A DNA stretch of 64,000 bases from the human T2T-CHM13v2.0 reference genome, Homo sapiens. The translations under genes and the position numbers were made by a program. The first letter of the stretch is position 1. Each line of letters begins with the position of its first letter. The stretch lies in the NCBI RefSeq assembly GCF_009914755.1, contig NC_060937.1. One strand, written 5' to 3'. The notes beneath the pieces are model-generated. The model was not told the DNA's origin. It made no database searches and saw nothing but the letters and a program-made list of their open reading frames with translations. Positions 52,714 through 64,000 of the stretch are shown here, one piece after another.

Positions 52714-54659
52714 TCCTCTGTGTATTTTCAAATAACACTAATTCTTGCTTCTGTTTGATCCATTCTGCTATTGAAGGACTGATGCATTCTTCAGTATACC
52801 AACTGCATTTTTCAGCTCCAGAATTTCTGCTTGATTGTTTTTTAATTATTTCAGTCTCTGTTAAATTTATCTGATAGAATTCTGAATTTCTTCTCTGTGT
52901 TATCTTGAATTTCTTTGAGTTTCTACAACACAGCTCTTTTGAATTCTCTGTCTGAAAGGCCACATATCTCTGTTTCTTCTGGATTGGTCCCTGGTGTCTT
53001 ATGTAGTTCATTTGGTGAGGTTACTTTTTCCTGGATGATGTTGATGCTAGTAGATGTTCTTCGTGTCTGGGCATTGAAGGGTTAAGTATTTATTGTAGTT
53101 TTCACTCTTTGTGCTTATTTATAGCCATCCTTCCTGGGAAGGCTTTTCAGATATTTGAAAAACTTGGGTATTGTGATTGAAGAGGTATCTCCTTTAAGGG
53201 GCACTGGAAGCCCAGTAACACTGTGGTTCTAACAGACTCATAGAAGTACTGCCTTGATGGTCTTGGACAAGATCCAGGAGAATTCTCTGGATTACCAGAC
53301 AGAGATTCTTGTTTCCTTCCCTTTCTTTCTCTCAAATGTACAGTCTCTCTCCTTGTTCTGAGTCGCCTAAAGCTGGAGGTAGAGTGACACAAGCACCTCT
53401 GTGGCCGCCACCACCGCGGTGACTACACTGGTTCAGAACTGAAGTCAGCACAGCACTGGGTTTTGCCCAAAGTCTGCTGTAGCCACTCCCTGGCTATTAC
53501 CTATATTCACTTAAGGCCCTGGGGTCTACAATCAGAAGGTGGCATATCCAACCAGGCCTGTGTCATTCCCTTCAGGGCGTTGAGGTCCCTTAAGCCCCAG
53601 GTAGGTCCAGAAGTGTCATCTAGGAGTCAGGGACAACAGTCAAAAACCTTAGAATTCTATCTGGTGTCCTATTGTATTGCAAGTGAGCTGACACTCAAAC
53701 CACATGATGCAGTCCTTCCCACTCTTCCCTCCCCTTTCCAAAGGCAGAGGAGCCTCATGTTGTAGCCACTAACACTTCAGGGGGAGTACTGCCAGACTAC
53801 TGCTGATATTCCCTTAAGGCCCAAGGTCTTTTAGGTCAGCTTGTCATGAATGCTGCCTGGCCTTGGACTCATCCATCAGGGCAGTGGGTTTTCCTCTAAC
53901 CCAGGGCAGGTCCAGAAATGCAGTCTAAGAGTCATGGAATTGGGGACCCCAAGAGCCCACTTGGTGCCCTACCCTTGCTTAGGATTGTCTTGGCAATACA
54001 AGCTCTTTAATTATTAGATTTATTTTCTAAATCATTCAAATTTATATGATTTATACGTGTACACATTTTAAAAATCAAACTATCAGTAGTCTCATAATGA
54101 GAAATAGCAGTCATTTGCCACCTCTCAACCCATCCATGTGCCTCTCTTTCTCTGCAGAATCAACCACATTTGACTCTTCTACATGTTTTCCTGGTATTTA
54201 CCTACATAGTTCTACATTGTAAATCTATACTGATATTTATTGATTAATTATATACATTTTCAGTTGATTTCTTGCTGTGAAAGATAAGGACTTAATTCCT
54301 TCTTTCTATTTCTACTTCTAATATATTTATTCATCATTATAACTATATGATACATAGGGGCTAAAACAATAATCAGTATTTAATTTTTATTTTTAAAAAA
54401 AAATTATGATTATGCAATATCACTATACCTTAAGCCCCTTAGGAACAAAGTGTTTTATTGTTTTGTTTACGAATATATCTTAAGCAATTGAAGAGTACCT
54501 AGAACAGAATGCATTCATAAATAATGAATGCATAGTTTACTCTTGACCCAAACAATCATCATGATTCCTTTTATAAATAACACTTCATTACTCAGATATA
54601 TTTCTTGCATCATATTTTATTGGCATGACTTTCTATAAATTTATTTATTTCATTTTTTA

Positions 54660-55305
54660 ACTTGTACTTTTTAATTAAGATTTTGTTTTTTAGAACAGTT
54701 TTAAGTGTACAGAAAAATTGAGCAGAAAGTATAGAGACCTCACATATATCCCTTGCACACTGTTCCCCTATTTTTAACATCTTGCACTAGTGTGGCTCAT
54801 TTGTTATAATTGATGACCCAATATTATATATTATCATTAATGAAAAACTGTAGTTTAACATTGTTTTCTTTCACTGTGTTGTACAGTTTCTATGGTTTTT
54901 ACAAATGCATAATGTCATTTATTCAGCATTAAAATATCATACAGCATAGTTTCCCCATTCTAAAAATCTCCTGTGCTTCATCTATGTATTCATCCCTCTT
55001 CCCACTCCACCTGAACCTCTGTCAACCACAGATGGACAAACTCTTTAATATTGTTTTATCCAGGATGTGGGTTAGTTGAAATCACACCATATGTAGCCTT
55101 TTAGATTGTCTTTGTTCACTTAGTAATATGCCTTTAAGTTTCCTCCATGTCTCTTTGTGGCTTGATAGTGCATTTCTTTTGACCACTGAATAATTTTCCA
55201 TTGTATAGATGTACCAAAGTTTGTTTATTCATTCACCCATTGTAGGACATCTTTTTTTTTCCCCAGTTTGGGTGATTATGAATAAAGATTCTACAAACAT
55301 ACATT
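54660..55305 (-). mobile_element. L1MC/MD-type 3'UTR fragment
   Basis: 'tagaacagttttaagtgtacagaaaaattgagcagaaagtatagag' 3' terminus. Confidence 0.75.
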
Positions 55306-55475
55306 CTAGAAGATCTAAGGTTGCTGCCACTGTTTTTCTACAGATCTCCATCTCACTATCTTCAGTATACCTCTCTAGTAAAAACAATTTTCTTGATAGA
55401 TTTGCTACTCCCCGTTAACGAAGTACTTTCCTTCCTTTTTTCTTAGGATGCATTCTGTTTCCTGAGTTTTGTGTT

Positions 55476-55973
55476 TGTGATGTTTAATTTTAGTCTCCAC
55501 TTTACTGGATCAAGGGTTACCAAGATAATTGGCTAACCATTATTTCTGGGTTTGCCTGTGAGGCTGTTTCTGGAAGATATGAGCATTTGAAGTGGTAGAG
55601 AGCAAAGCCAATTGCCCTTCACAATACAAGTGAGAATAGGCACCATCCAATCCACTGAGGGCATGAATAGAACAAAAGGGCAGAAGAAGGGAGATGTTTT
55701 TCTATCTCTGCCTGACTGCTTGAGCTGGGACATCAGTCTTCTTCTGTCTTTGGACCAGAACTTACATCATTGGCCCTCTTATTCTTAGAGTTACACCACC
55801 AGCTTTCCTGAGTCTCCTGGTTGCAGAAGGCAGATCATGTGACAGCCTCCATAATTAAGAGAGTCAATTCCTTATTATAAATATCTTTCTATATATCTGT
55901 ACCTGTATTCTATCTATGTCTATATATCTATCTATAACCTATTGGTTCTGATTCTCTGGAGAACCCTAATACA
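55476..55973 (+). mobile_element. MLT2 (ERVL) solo LTR
   Basis: tgtgatgtttaatttt...ctctggagaaccctaataca with a perfect 5-bp TSD gtgtt on both sides. Confidence 0.9.
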
Positions 55974-55979
55974 GTGTTC

Positions 55980-57460
55980 TTCTTTTTCCTTTGTTTGTTT
56001 TATAAGAGTATATTTTCCAGTAGCTTCCTAAGAAAGTGTTTATGGAAAAATATATTTTTTTTATTGCATCAATGTCTGAAAATATCTTTTTTGTACTCTT
56101 ACATTAAATGAACAGTTTATCTAGATAAATTTTAGTTTCTTCTGTTCATGTATATTTGACTTGTAGTATTGCTGTTGAGAATTCTGTTATTCACTTATCT
56201 GATGTTTTGTGATCTCTCATTTTTTCTCTTTGTGAGTTTTTAGGATATCTTTTAATAACTGATGTTTTGAAATATGTACAATATGCCTTGCTTGGGTTTG
56301 TTTATTGAAAGAACTTTCAATGAAAGCCCAGAATAATCAGGGGGAAAATGTGTTGTATTCTTTCTTTGATAATTTCTTCCCTTTTTGCTTCTCTATTTCT
56401 TTGTATGTATAATTTAGAAGTTAGAGCACGTGGGCTGATCATCTAATTCTATAACTTTTTACTTTCTATTATAACTTTTTCTGTTAACACTTTTTAGGAT
56501 TTTGTGTAGTCTATTTCAGTTTCCTTTTTAAATTTTGGATAGCATATTTTTAATTATCAGGAGTCTTAATTACCTTTGATGTTCCATTTTATAGCTCTCA
56601 ATTCTTTTTAGTATCTTCTTTCTCTACGAGGTAATTAACAATAGTTTTACTTACCTTTTTATTCTTTGCCCAGCAATGTCTTTATTTCATCTAAGTTCTT
56701 ATTTAGTCCTGCCCCTTTCTTTAGTCTTTAAGCTATGTGTGATGAAGTATGCAACAAGTTAACGTGGATCGAGAACTCTGCATGTGAGAAGGGTTTGTTA
56801 ACTTGTGGGATTCTCCTCTGGGTGATTTGGTGGCAAGCTATTTCTTCTACTGGAATGATGCTAAAATGTGTGTGTGTGCTGCTTTTGTTTTCAATTTCTT
56901 CAGATAAAAATTGTTTATATCCAGAAGGTTGAATCCTTCTTAGTGAGAGTTCTGGTAGGGTGGGGAAGGAAATTGTAGACTCTAATATGCAAAATTTTTA
57001 ATATTTTTTTTAATTTCTAGAGCTGAGCCACCCCTTCATCTTTACTTTATTTGCCTGTTGTCTAAGTCTCAGGCATGAAATTTCCCTTTCCTCTCCAGCA
57101 CACAGTAGGTGAAAAGGGGCTAAAAGCTCCGACTTTTCTTGAAGCCCAGTTTCGACTGAATCTCTTTATATTTTCTGCCTCAGCATTCTGCTTTCTCTAG
57201 ACCTCACTCTTGAGTTTATCTGTAATTCTCTCTACATTTGTTCACTGTTCAGTATTTTTTCCAAAGATCTCGATTTTGTTAATTCACTTGTTACTTGTTT
57301 CCCATATTCAAAAATTTGTTGTAATCTTTTGTCTACTGTTGTCTCTTCTTGTACCCTTTTTGTTCTTGTTAGTTTAAGCATTCAAAAATTACTTTACTTT
57401 CATTTTAGTTAAGATTCAAGGGTTAAGGGATAAGCACATATAGGTCAACAACAATGTTAA
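55980..57460 (-). mobile_element. Ancient L1ME-like 5'-region fragments
   Basis: 'atgtctgaaaatatcttttt', 'gtattgctgttgagaattctg'; very decayed. Confidence 0.45.
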
Positions 57461-58149
57461 AATAAAGGAGGCTCTCTGGTTCTTTTTCTTGGCAGACCTT
57501 TTGTGGTTCCCATCTTTCCTTTCCTCTGGACACAACCACTCTTATTAAATAGATTTAAACATCATATTTGTCAATAAACTGCATAATACTGTGAACTATT
57601 TTAAATCGAATGACATTTTTGACAATGAATGAATTCAACTGAATGTTATGAGACAGCATTTGATGTAATTATTTCATTAATGAAAATGAAGTATTCAATA
57701 TTGAGGGACTTGAATACATGTTGATGGATACTGTGGATAAGAACTATGGCTCAAAGCCAGCTCAGGGCAATTCACATTTTCAAATAATGAAATGAAGTAT
57801 TTTCATTGCTTTTTTTTCTTTTTTTTTTTCTCTAGCTTTGCATCTTGATTGAAGCAAAGACATCTGTCTTTTCCCAGATAGCAAGAACTTTGGTTGCTGT
57901 GGCAACATATTGACTGGGGAATTTAAAAATAAAGGTGGCTCATTTCCAAATCATTTTTCCCCCTTTTCTTCATGAAAAAGCCACACACTGGCAAGAAACT
58001 TCTACTGGAGCCTTTATAACCAATAAACCTATTGTTTGCTGAAGTATTGTATCCCCAAACTTGCATGTTAAGTAGGTGATAATGTGTACATTTGTCTTTC
58101 GTATACTTTTAAACCATAAAACACTGAACTACCTCATTTTTAACAAGTT

Positions 58150-58270
58150 TCTTTCCCTCCCTCCCTCCACGTTTTCCTTCCTTCCTTCCTTCCATCCATC
58201 CTTCCTCCCTCACTCCCTACCTCCCTCCCTCTCTCCCTCTCTTCTTCCCTTCCTCCCTTCCTCCCCCTCT
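58150..58270. repeat. (CCTT/CCCT)n polypyrimidine tract
   Basis: Directly visible. Confidence 0.9.
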
Positions 58271-61206
58271 ACTTTTTGAAATTGTGATGCTGAGGACCTG
58301 GGTGGGTACAGAAGGAGGGAGGGGCAAAGGCAGTGAAAGAAACTCTTCAAAGGCCTTTGCTGAGGCAGAGCTTGGTTGCTAGGGCTTGAAAAGATTGTTA
58401 TTTGTAGCTAACACAAAGTTATTCTAAAATGCACTCAGCCTTAGAAGTAAACAAGTTCTAAATTTTTAAGAGAAGCATGGATTGAATCTTCTGACACATA
58501 AAAATAATCTTTTGACACTTTGGAATGCACATATATTTGTGCATTAAATTTCATAAAATGCCAGGGGAAAAGAAAGGAGTTAATTTATTTAAATTGAGGA
58601 CATATACCTCAAATAACTCACACATTTAAAAAATCTGAATTTTTACAGTATTTATTTCAAAAATTTTATTCTCTTGTGAGACTTGTAGTAATATAGAATT
58701 CATCAAAAACAAACCAGCATGATAGGAAAATAAATGTGTGATTCTACTTTAGTTTTATTTATTGACTTATTTGCAAATCTAGAGCCTTGCGATTTGTTTA
58801 CTTTTCATTTGTTTCACAAATTTATATAAAATAATATTCGCTAGATGAATTAGACAGTTAAAATTTTTAATATAGAAATTATTTAAGTTATACAATCATT
58901 CCAAATTTTGCTAGAGGACTGGGCAGGGATAATTTACACAAATCAAGTAATTTTAACATCACAATAAATTCAGTAAGCAAAGGAAACAAAAATGATGTTA
59001 TCTTTATTAACTATTAGCTATATGATTTCAGTTAAATGTTTAATTTTCAAAGCTATTTATTGGTCTAGAACATGTAATTAATTATTTTTGAAAAGCTGTT
59101 AATTTTAAAACTGGCATTTTGAAGTAATGATTAAATGTTAACACAGTGAAAATATAATTTTAATCTTTCTCCTTTTCACCTTTCTGGTATATAGGCTATC
59201 ATAATGCAATAAAGAATTTGTGATACCTGGTTAGTGATTTTTAAGGTAGAGAAGAATGCAGATATATTCTCCCCTAGTGCATGAGAGTTGTGGAATACTA
59301 AACTCACAAACCCAATCTCAAAACTTTATATAATTTTTTTTCCCAAGACACCCCTAATGAGTCCAAATCATAACAAAAGTTTTCTCCAGGCAAAGCTTAA
59401 TGGATATAACAAGAAGATGCTTGCATAAAACACTAATTCCTACCAATGTTCCTTCTATGAAGGAATTAAGTACAAATTCTTTAGGAGCAGGGACCTCTGG
59501 TTATTGAAGGTACAGAGACCATTTATAATGATTTTCAGAAGGTAGGAAAAGAATTGACCAGTTATTTCTGGTTTTGCTTTCCTGTCTCTAATTACCTCTC
59601 AGGGCCCTTCCTCCTTCTTATGTTCTACCCCACAGGCCCACTGTTTCAGTTCCTTTCTAGAGGTCAATGACATTCAGAGGATCTAGCTTTATTTCTTTCA
59701 TATTCTCCTCGCTATATGAATTTCCCCTTAATGATTTTGTTTTTCTTGATTCTTTATGTTATTAGATCAGGGACTAAGCTGCTAAAGTAAAAGATACCAG
59801 GGAGATATGTCAGGAAAACTCACCCACTGAAATGTTTAAGAGGAACTATATCTATACTAATTAGAGATTCAGAAGGTTAAAGGCATTTAAAAAGTGCTGA
59901 ACTTACTCTGTTAGGAAAATTTTCAAGAATTATAGTGGATGGAAAAAAACAACAAAACAGTCTCTCTTAAAGGACCTAAACTCTGGTAGCATTGGCATTG
60001 GCCATTTTACCAGCCAATCAACCTCAGAGCATGGTGGAAACATTGGTTGGAAGGATACATTGATGTTTTGAAGACTTTAGGAGACATCAGAGAAGATATC
60101 ATCATTTCCTCTATACATCTTCCTAGGATAGAAGGCAATGGTAATTGATCAAGACTATTCTGAGTAATGTCAATTCCAAATAATTCTGGCATTTAAATAT
60201 TTCCAAGATGTTTTTAATGTTCCAAGAAGCTTCATGTAGAAAGAAATTCTTACCCATTTTTAACTGAAACAGACACACATGGAATAGAAAAAAGAAAGAC
60301 ATCCACCTGACAATGGACAAACCAGTTAATCTATGAGTAAATTATGTCACAGTAAGATTACTTTCAAATCAAGCTACATCCTCATTTTTAGTGCTCTATT
60401 ATATTTATCTTTATTTGCAAAGCTTTTTAAAATGGCATTATTTTCAAGACAATTTAAAAAATTATTGCTACCTGACATATCTTTGCACACTAGAATGCAA
60501 GTTCCTTTAGAGCAGAGATTCCATTCTTTTCTTCTTCTCCCTTCTTCTCTCTCTTTTTGCTTTATGTATTTCCAGTACTTAGCATGGTGTCTAATATAAC
60601 TTAGATGTGATTGTTAAGTGAGGAATGCCTTGAGAGCACGTGAGAAATTGTTAAAAACTTCTGTCAGGGAGATTATGTATTTCATTTTTATTGATTTAAT
60701 TTTTTCAATAGGTAATAAATGTGGGAGGTATGCAGAAATCAGAAAATATTCTACTCACCAAGAATGTGGCAAGTTACAACCACCAAATGAAAATAGAAAC
60801 AGAATAGAAATATCAAGATAAGGGACAACTAAGAGACTAAGGAAATATGACAGGTGATGTACAAAATTTTTTGTATTTATTTGCTATACTGGTGCAAAAA
60901 TAAAAAAAAATGGTTCTCTCACTCTTGCCCTAGTATATCATCTATTAGTTGGCACCAGCCCCAAACTAAAAACATGTTTTATTAGTTTCTTATGTTCCTT
61001 TCAGAAATTATGTAAATTCAATCAAGTATAAATACAATTTATATCTATCTCATCATACATACTATACCTAGTTTGCTTTATTCAATTACTATGTCTTAGA
61101 GATCTTTCCAAATTAGCATATCCTTTTATATGCAAACTGGGATGTTCCAGTTTATGGATGTACCATAATTTATTTATAAGTCCTGCGTTGATAGATATTT
61201 AGTTAT

Positions 61207-61624
61207 TATATCAGTCCATTCTCGCATTGCTGTAAAAATACCTGAGACTGGATAATTTACTAAGAAGAGAGGATTAATTGGCTCATGGTTCTTCAAGCTG
61301 TACAGAAAGCATGATGCTGGCATCTGTTCAGCTTCTGGGGAGGCCTCAGGAAACTTAAAATCATGGTAGAAGTTGAAGGGGGAGCACTGACATCTTACAT
61401 GGCAGGAGCAAGAGGGTGAAAGTGAGGTCCCCCACACTTTAAACAACCAGATCTCTTGAAAATTTACTCAGTATCTTGAAGACGGAATGAAAGGGGTGGT
61501 GCTAACCCATTCATGAGAAAGCCACCCTCATGATCCAGTCACCTCTCACCCGGCCCCACCTCCAACATTGGGGATTACAAATTCAACCTGAGATTTGGTG
61601 AGATAACAGATACAAACCGTATTA
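61207..61624 (-). mobile_element. MSTA-like MaLR LTR (3' LTR of a provirus)
   Basis: tatatcagtccattctcgcattgct...gcatgatgctggcatctg.tcagcttctggggaggcctcagg...caaaccgtatta. Confidence 0.88.
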
Positions 61625-63072
61625 TTTGGCCTCTGGCCCCTCCCAAAGCTTATATGCCTCTCACATTGCAAAATGCAATCATGCCTTCCCAGTAGTCCCC
61701 CAAAGTCTTATTTCAGCACTGACTCAAAAGTCCAAAGTCTAAAGTCTTATCTGACACAAGGCAAGTCTCTTCTACCTATGAGCCTGTAAGAAAAACAAAA
61801 ACAACAACAATAAAAAAGAAACTAGTTACTTCCAAAATACAATGAGGTTATAGACATTGAGTAAACATTCCTATTCCAAAAGGGCAAAATCAGCCAAGAG
61901 AAAGGAGTGACAGGCCCCATGCATGTTCAAAACCCAGCAGGGCAGTCATCAAAACTTAAAGCTCCAAAATAATCTCTTTTGACTTCATGCCTCACATCTA
62001 GGGCACATGGGCACATGGATGTGCCATTGGCTCAACCACCCTGGGATCTGGAGGATGGTGGCCTTCATCTCATAGTTCTACTAGGCAGTGACCCAGTGAA
62101 GACACTGTGTGGGGGCTCCAACCACTCATTTCCACTCCATACTGCCCTAGTAGAGGTTTCCTGTGAAGGCACAACCCCTCTCAGCAGGCTTCTGCCTGGA
62201 CACCCAGGCTTTTCAGATATATCCTCTGAAATCTAGGTGGAGGCTCCCATGCCTCATCTCTTGCATTCTGCACACCCACAACATTAACACATAGAAGTCT
62301 CCAAGGCTTACAGCTTGCACTCTCTGAAGCAGTGGCTGGAGTTGCAACTGGGCCCTTTAAGCCACAGCTGAGACTGGAGCTGGAGTGTCTGGGATGCAGG
62401 GAGAAGTTTCCTGAGGCTGTACAGGGCAGTGGGGCTTCAGGCCTGGCCCAGGACACCATTCTGTCTTCCTAAACTTGTGGGCATGTGGTGGGAGGGGCTG
62501 CCTCTTAGATCCCCTAAATTCCTTTGAGGCCATTTCCCATTGTCTTGGCTATCAGACTTGCTTCCTTTTTAGGTATGCAAATTTCAAAGCCTGCTTGAAT
62601 TTCTACCCTGAAAATGGACTTTGCTTTTTTACCACGTGGCCAGGCTGCAAATTTTTCAAATGTTTACACCCTACTTCCCTTTAAATATAAGTTCCAACTT
62701 ATTTATATGCTCCTGCATCTGTGTATAGGCGGTTAGAAGCAGTCAAGCCACATCTTGGACACTTTGCTGTTTAAAAGTATCTTCCACCAGATACCTTAGG
62801 TCATCACTCTAAAGTTCAAACTTTCACAGATCCCTAGGTAATGAACAGAATTCAATCAAGCTGTTTGTTAAGGCATAACATGGGTGGCCTCTGCTCCAGT
62901 TCCCAATAAGTTCCTTATTTCAGTCTGAGACCTCCTCAGCCTGGACTTCATTGTCCATATCACTATCAGTATTTTGATTACAACCATTGAATCAGTCTTT
63001 AAGAAGTTTCAAACTTTCCCTCATCTTCCTGTCTTCTTCTGAACCCTCCAAAATCTTCCAACCTCGGCCCAT
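61625..63072 (-). mobile_element. MST/THE1-type MaLR internal region
   Basis: Contiguous with the LTR; typical internal motifs 'ctcacattgcaaaatgcaatcatgccttccc' and 'ttcaaactttccctcatcttcctgtcttcttctga'. Cut off by an L1. Confidence 0.85.
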
Positions 63073-63074
63073 GT

Positions 63075-64000
63075 GCCTACACCACAAGAGCCCTGGGTTT
63101 CAGGAACAAAACTGGGTGACTGTTTGGCAGACACCAAGCTAGCTGCATAAGTTTTTTTTTGTTTTGTTTTGTTTTGTTTTTGTACCTCAGTGGTTCCTGG
63201 AATGCCAGCGAGACAGAACTCTTCACTCCCCTGGAAAGGGGCTGAAGCCAGGGAGTCAAGTGGTCTTGCTCAGTGGATCCCACCCCCACAGAGCTCAGCA
63301 AGATAAGATCCACTGGCTTGAAATTCTCACTGCCAGCACAGCAGTCTAAAGTTGACCTGGGATGCTTGAACTTTGTGGGGGGAGGGGCATCCATCATTAC
63401 TGAGGCTTGAGTAGGTGGTTTTCCTCTCACAGTGTAAACAAAGTTACTGGGAAGTTCAGACTGGGCAGAGCCCACCACAGCACCGCAAAGCCGTGGTAGC
63501 CAGACTACCGCCCTAGATTCCTCCTCTCTGGGCAGGACATTGCTAAAAGAAAGGCAGCAGCCCCAGTCAGGGGCTTATGGATAAAACTCCCATCTTTCTG
63601 GGACAGAGCACCTGGGGGAAGGGGCAGTTGTGGGTGCAGCTTCAACAGACTTAAACTTTCCTGCCTGTCAGCTTTGAAGAGAGCAGTGGATCTCCCAGCA
63701 CAATGCTCAAGCTCTGATAAAGGACAGATGGCCTCCTCAAGTGTGTCCCTGATCCCTGAGCCTCCTGATGGAGAGACACCTCCCAGCAGGGATCGACAGA
63801 CAACTTATACAGGAGAGCTCCAGCTGGCATCTGTTGGGTGCCCCTCTGGGACAAAACTTCCAGAGGAAGGAGCAGGCAGCAATCTTTGCTGTTCTGCAGC
63901 CTCTGGTGGTGCTTCCCAAGCAGACAGCAATCTTTGCTGTTCTGCAGCCTCCGATGGTGCTACCCAGGCAACAGGGTCTGGAGTGGACGCCCAGTAAACT
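63075..64000 (+). mobile_element. L1PA7/8-like 5'UTR (partial; element runs off the window)
   Basis: 'gcctacaccac.agagccctgggtttca..aacaaaactggg', 'gggacagagcacctgggggaagggg', 'acagggtctggagtggac'; ~48-bp tandem duplication at 63878-63970. Confidence 0.85.

Overview
AT-rich, repeat-dense primate genomic DNA, probably catarrhine (Alu, L1PA, ERV9/LTR12 and HERV-K14-type LTRs). I found no intact protein-coding gene. The one gene-derived feature is an old, disabled processed pseudogene of PWWP2A (+, ~28210-30945). It keeps a CpG-rich 5' end and carries a 70-nt insert exactly at the inferred exon1/exon2 junction, a candidate fossil cassette exon. Directly downstream is a nested stack (L1PB > LTR14-type solo LTR > LTR12 solo LTR) whose LTR12 promoter points antisense into the pseudogene. 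The rest is layered L1, Alu, MaLR/ERVL, MER5 and microsatellite sequence, with several unusual L1 structures: internal deletion, tail-less insertion with host deletion, twin-priming inversion and a short 3' transduction. Repeat subfamily and parent-gene calls come from my recall of consensus or protein sequences, not from a database search. I do not see convincing evidence of a new biological system; the retrocopy/LTR12 module is the best lead.
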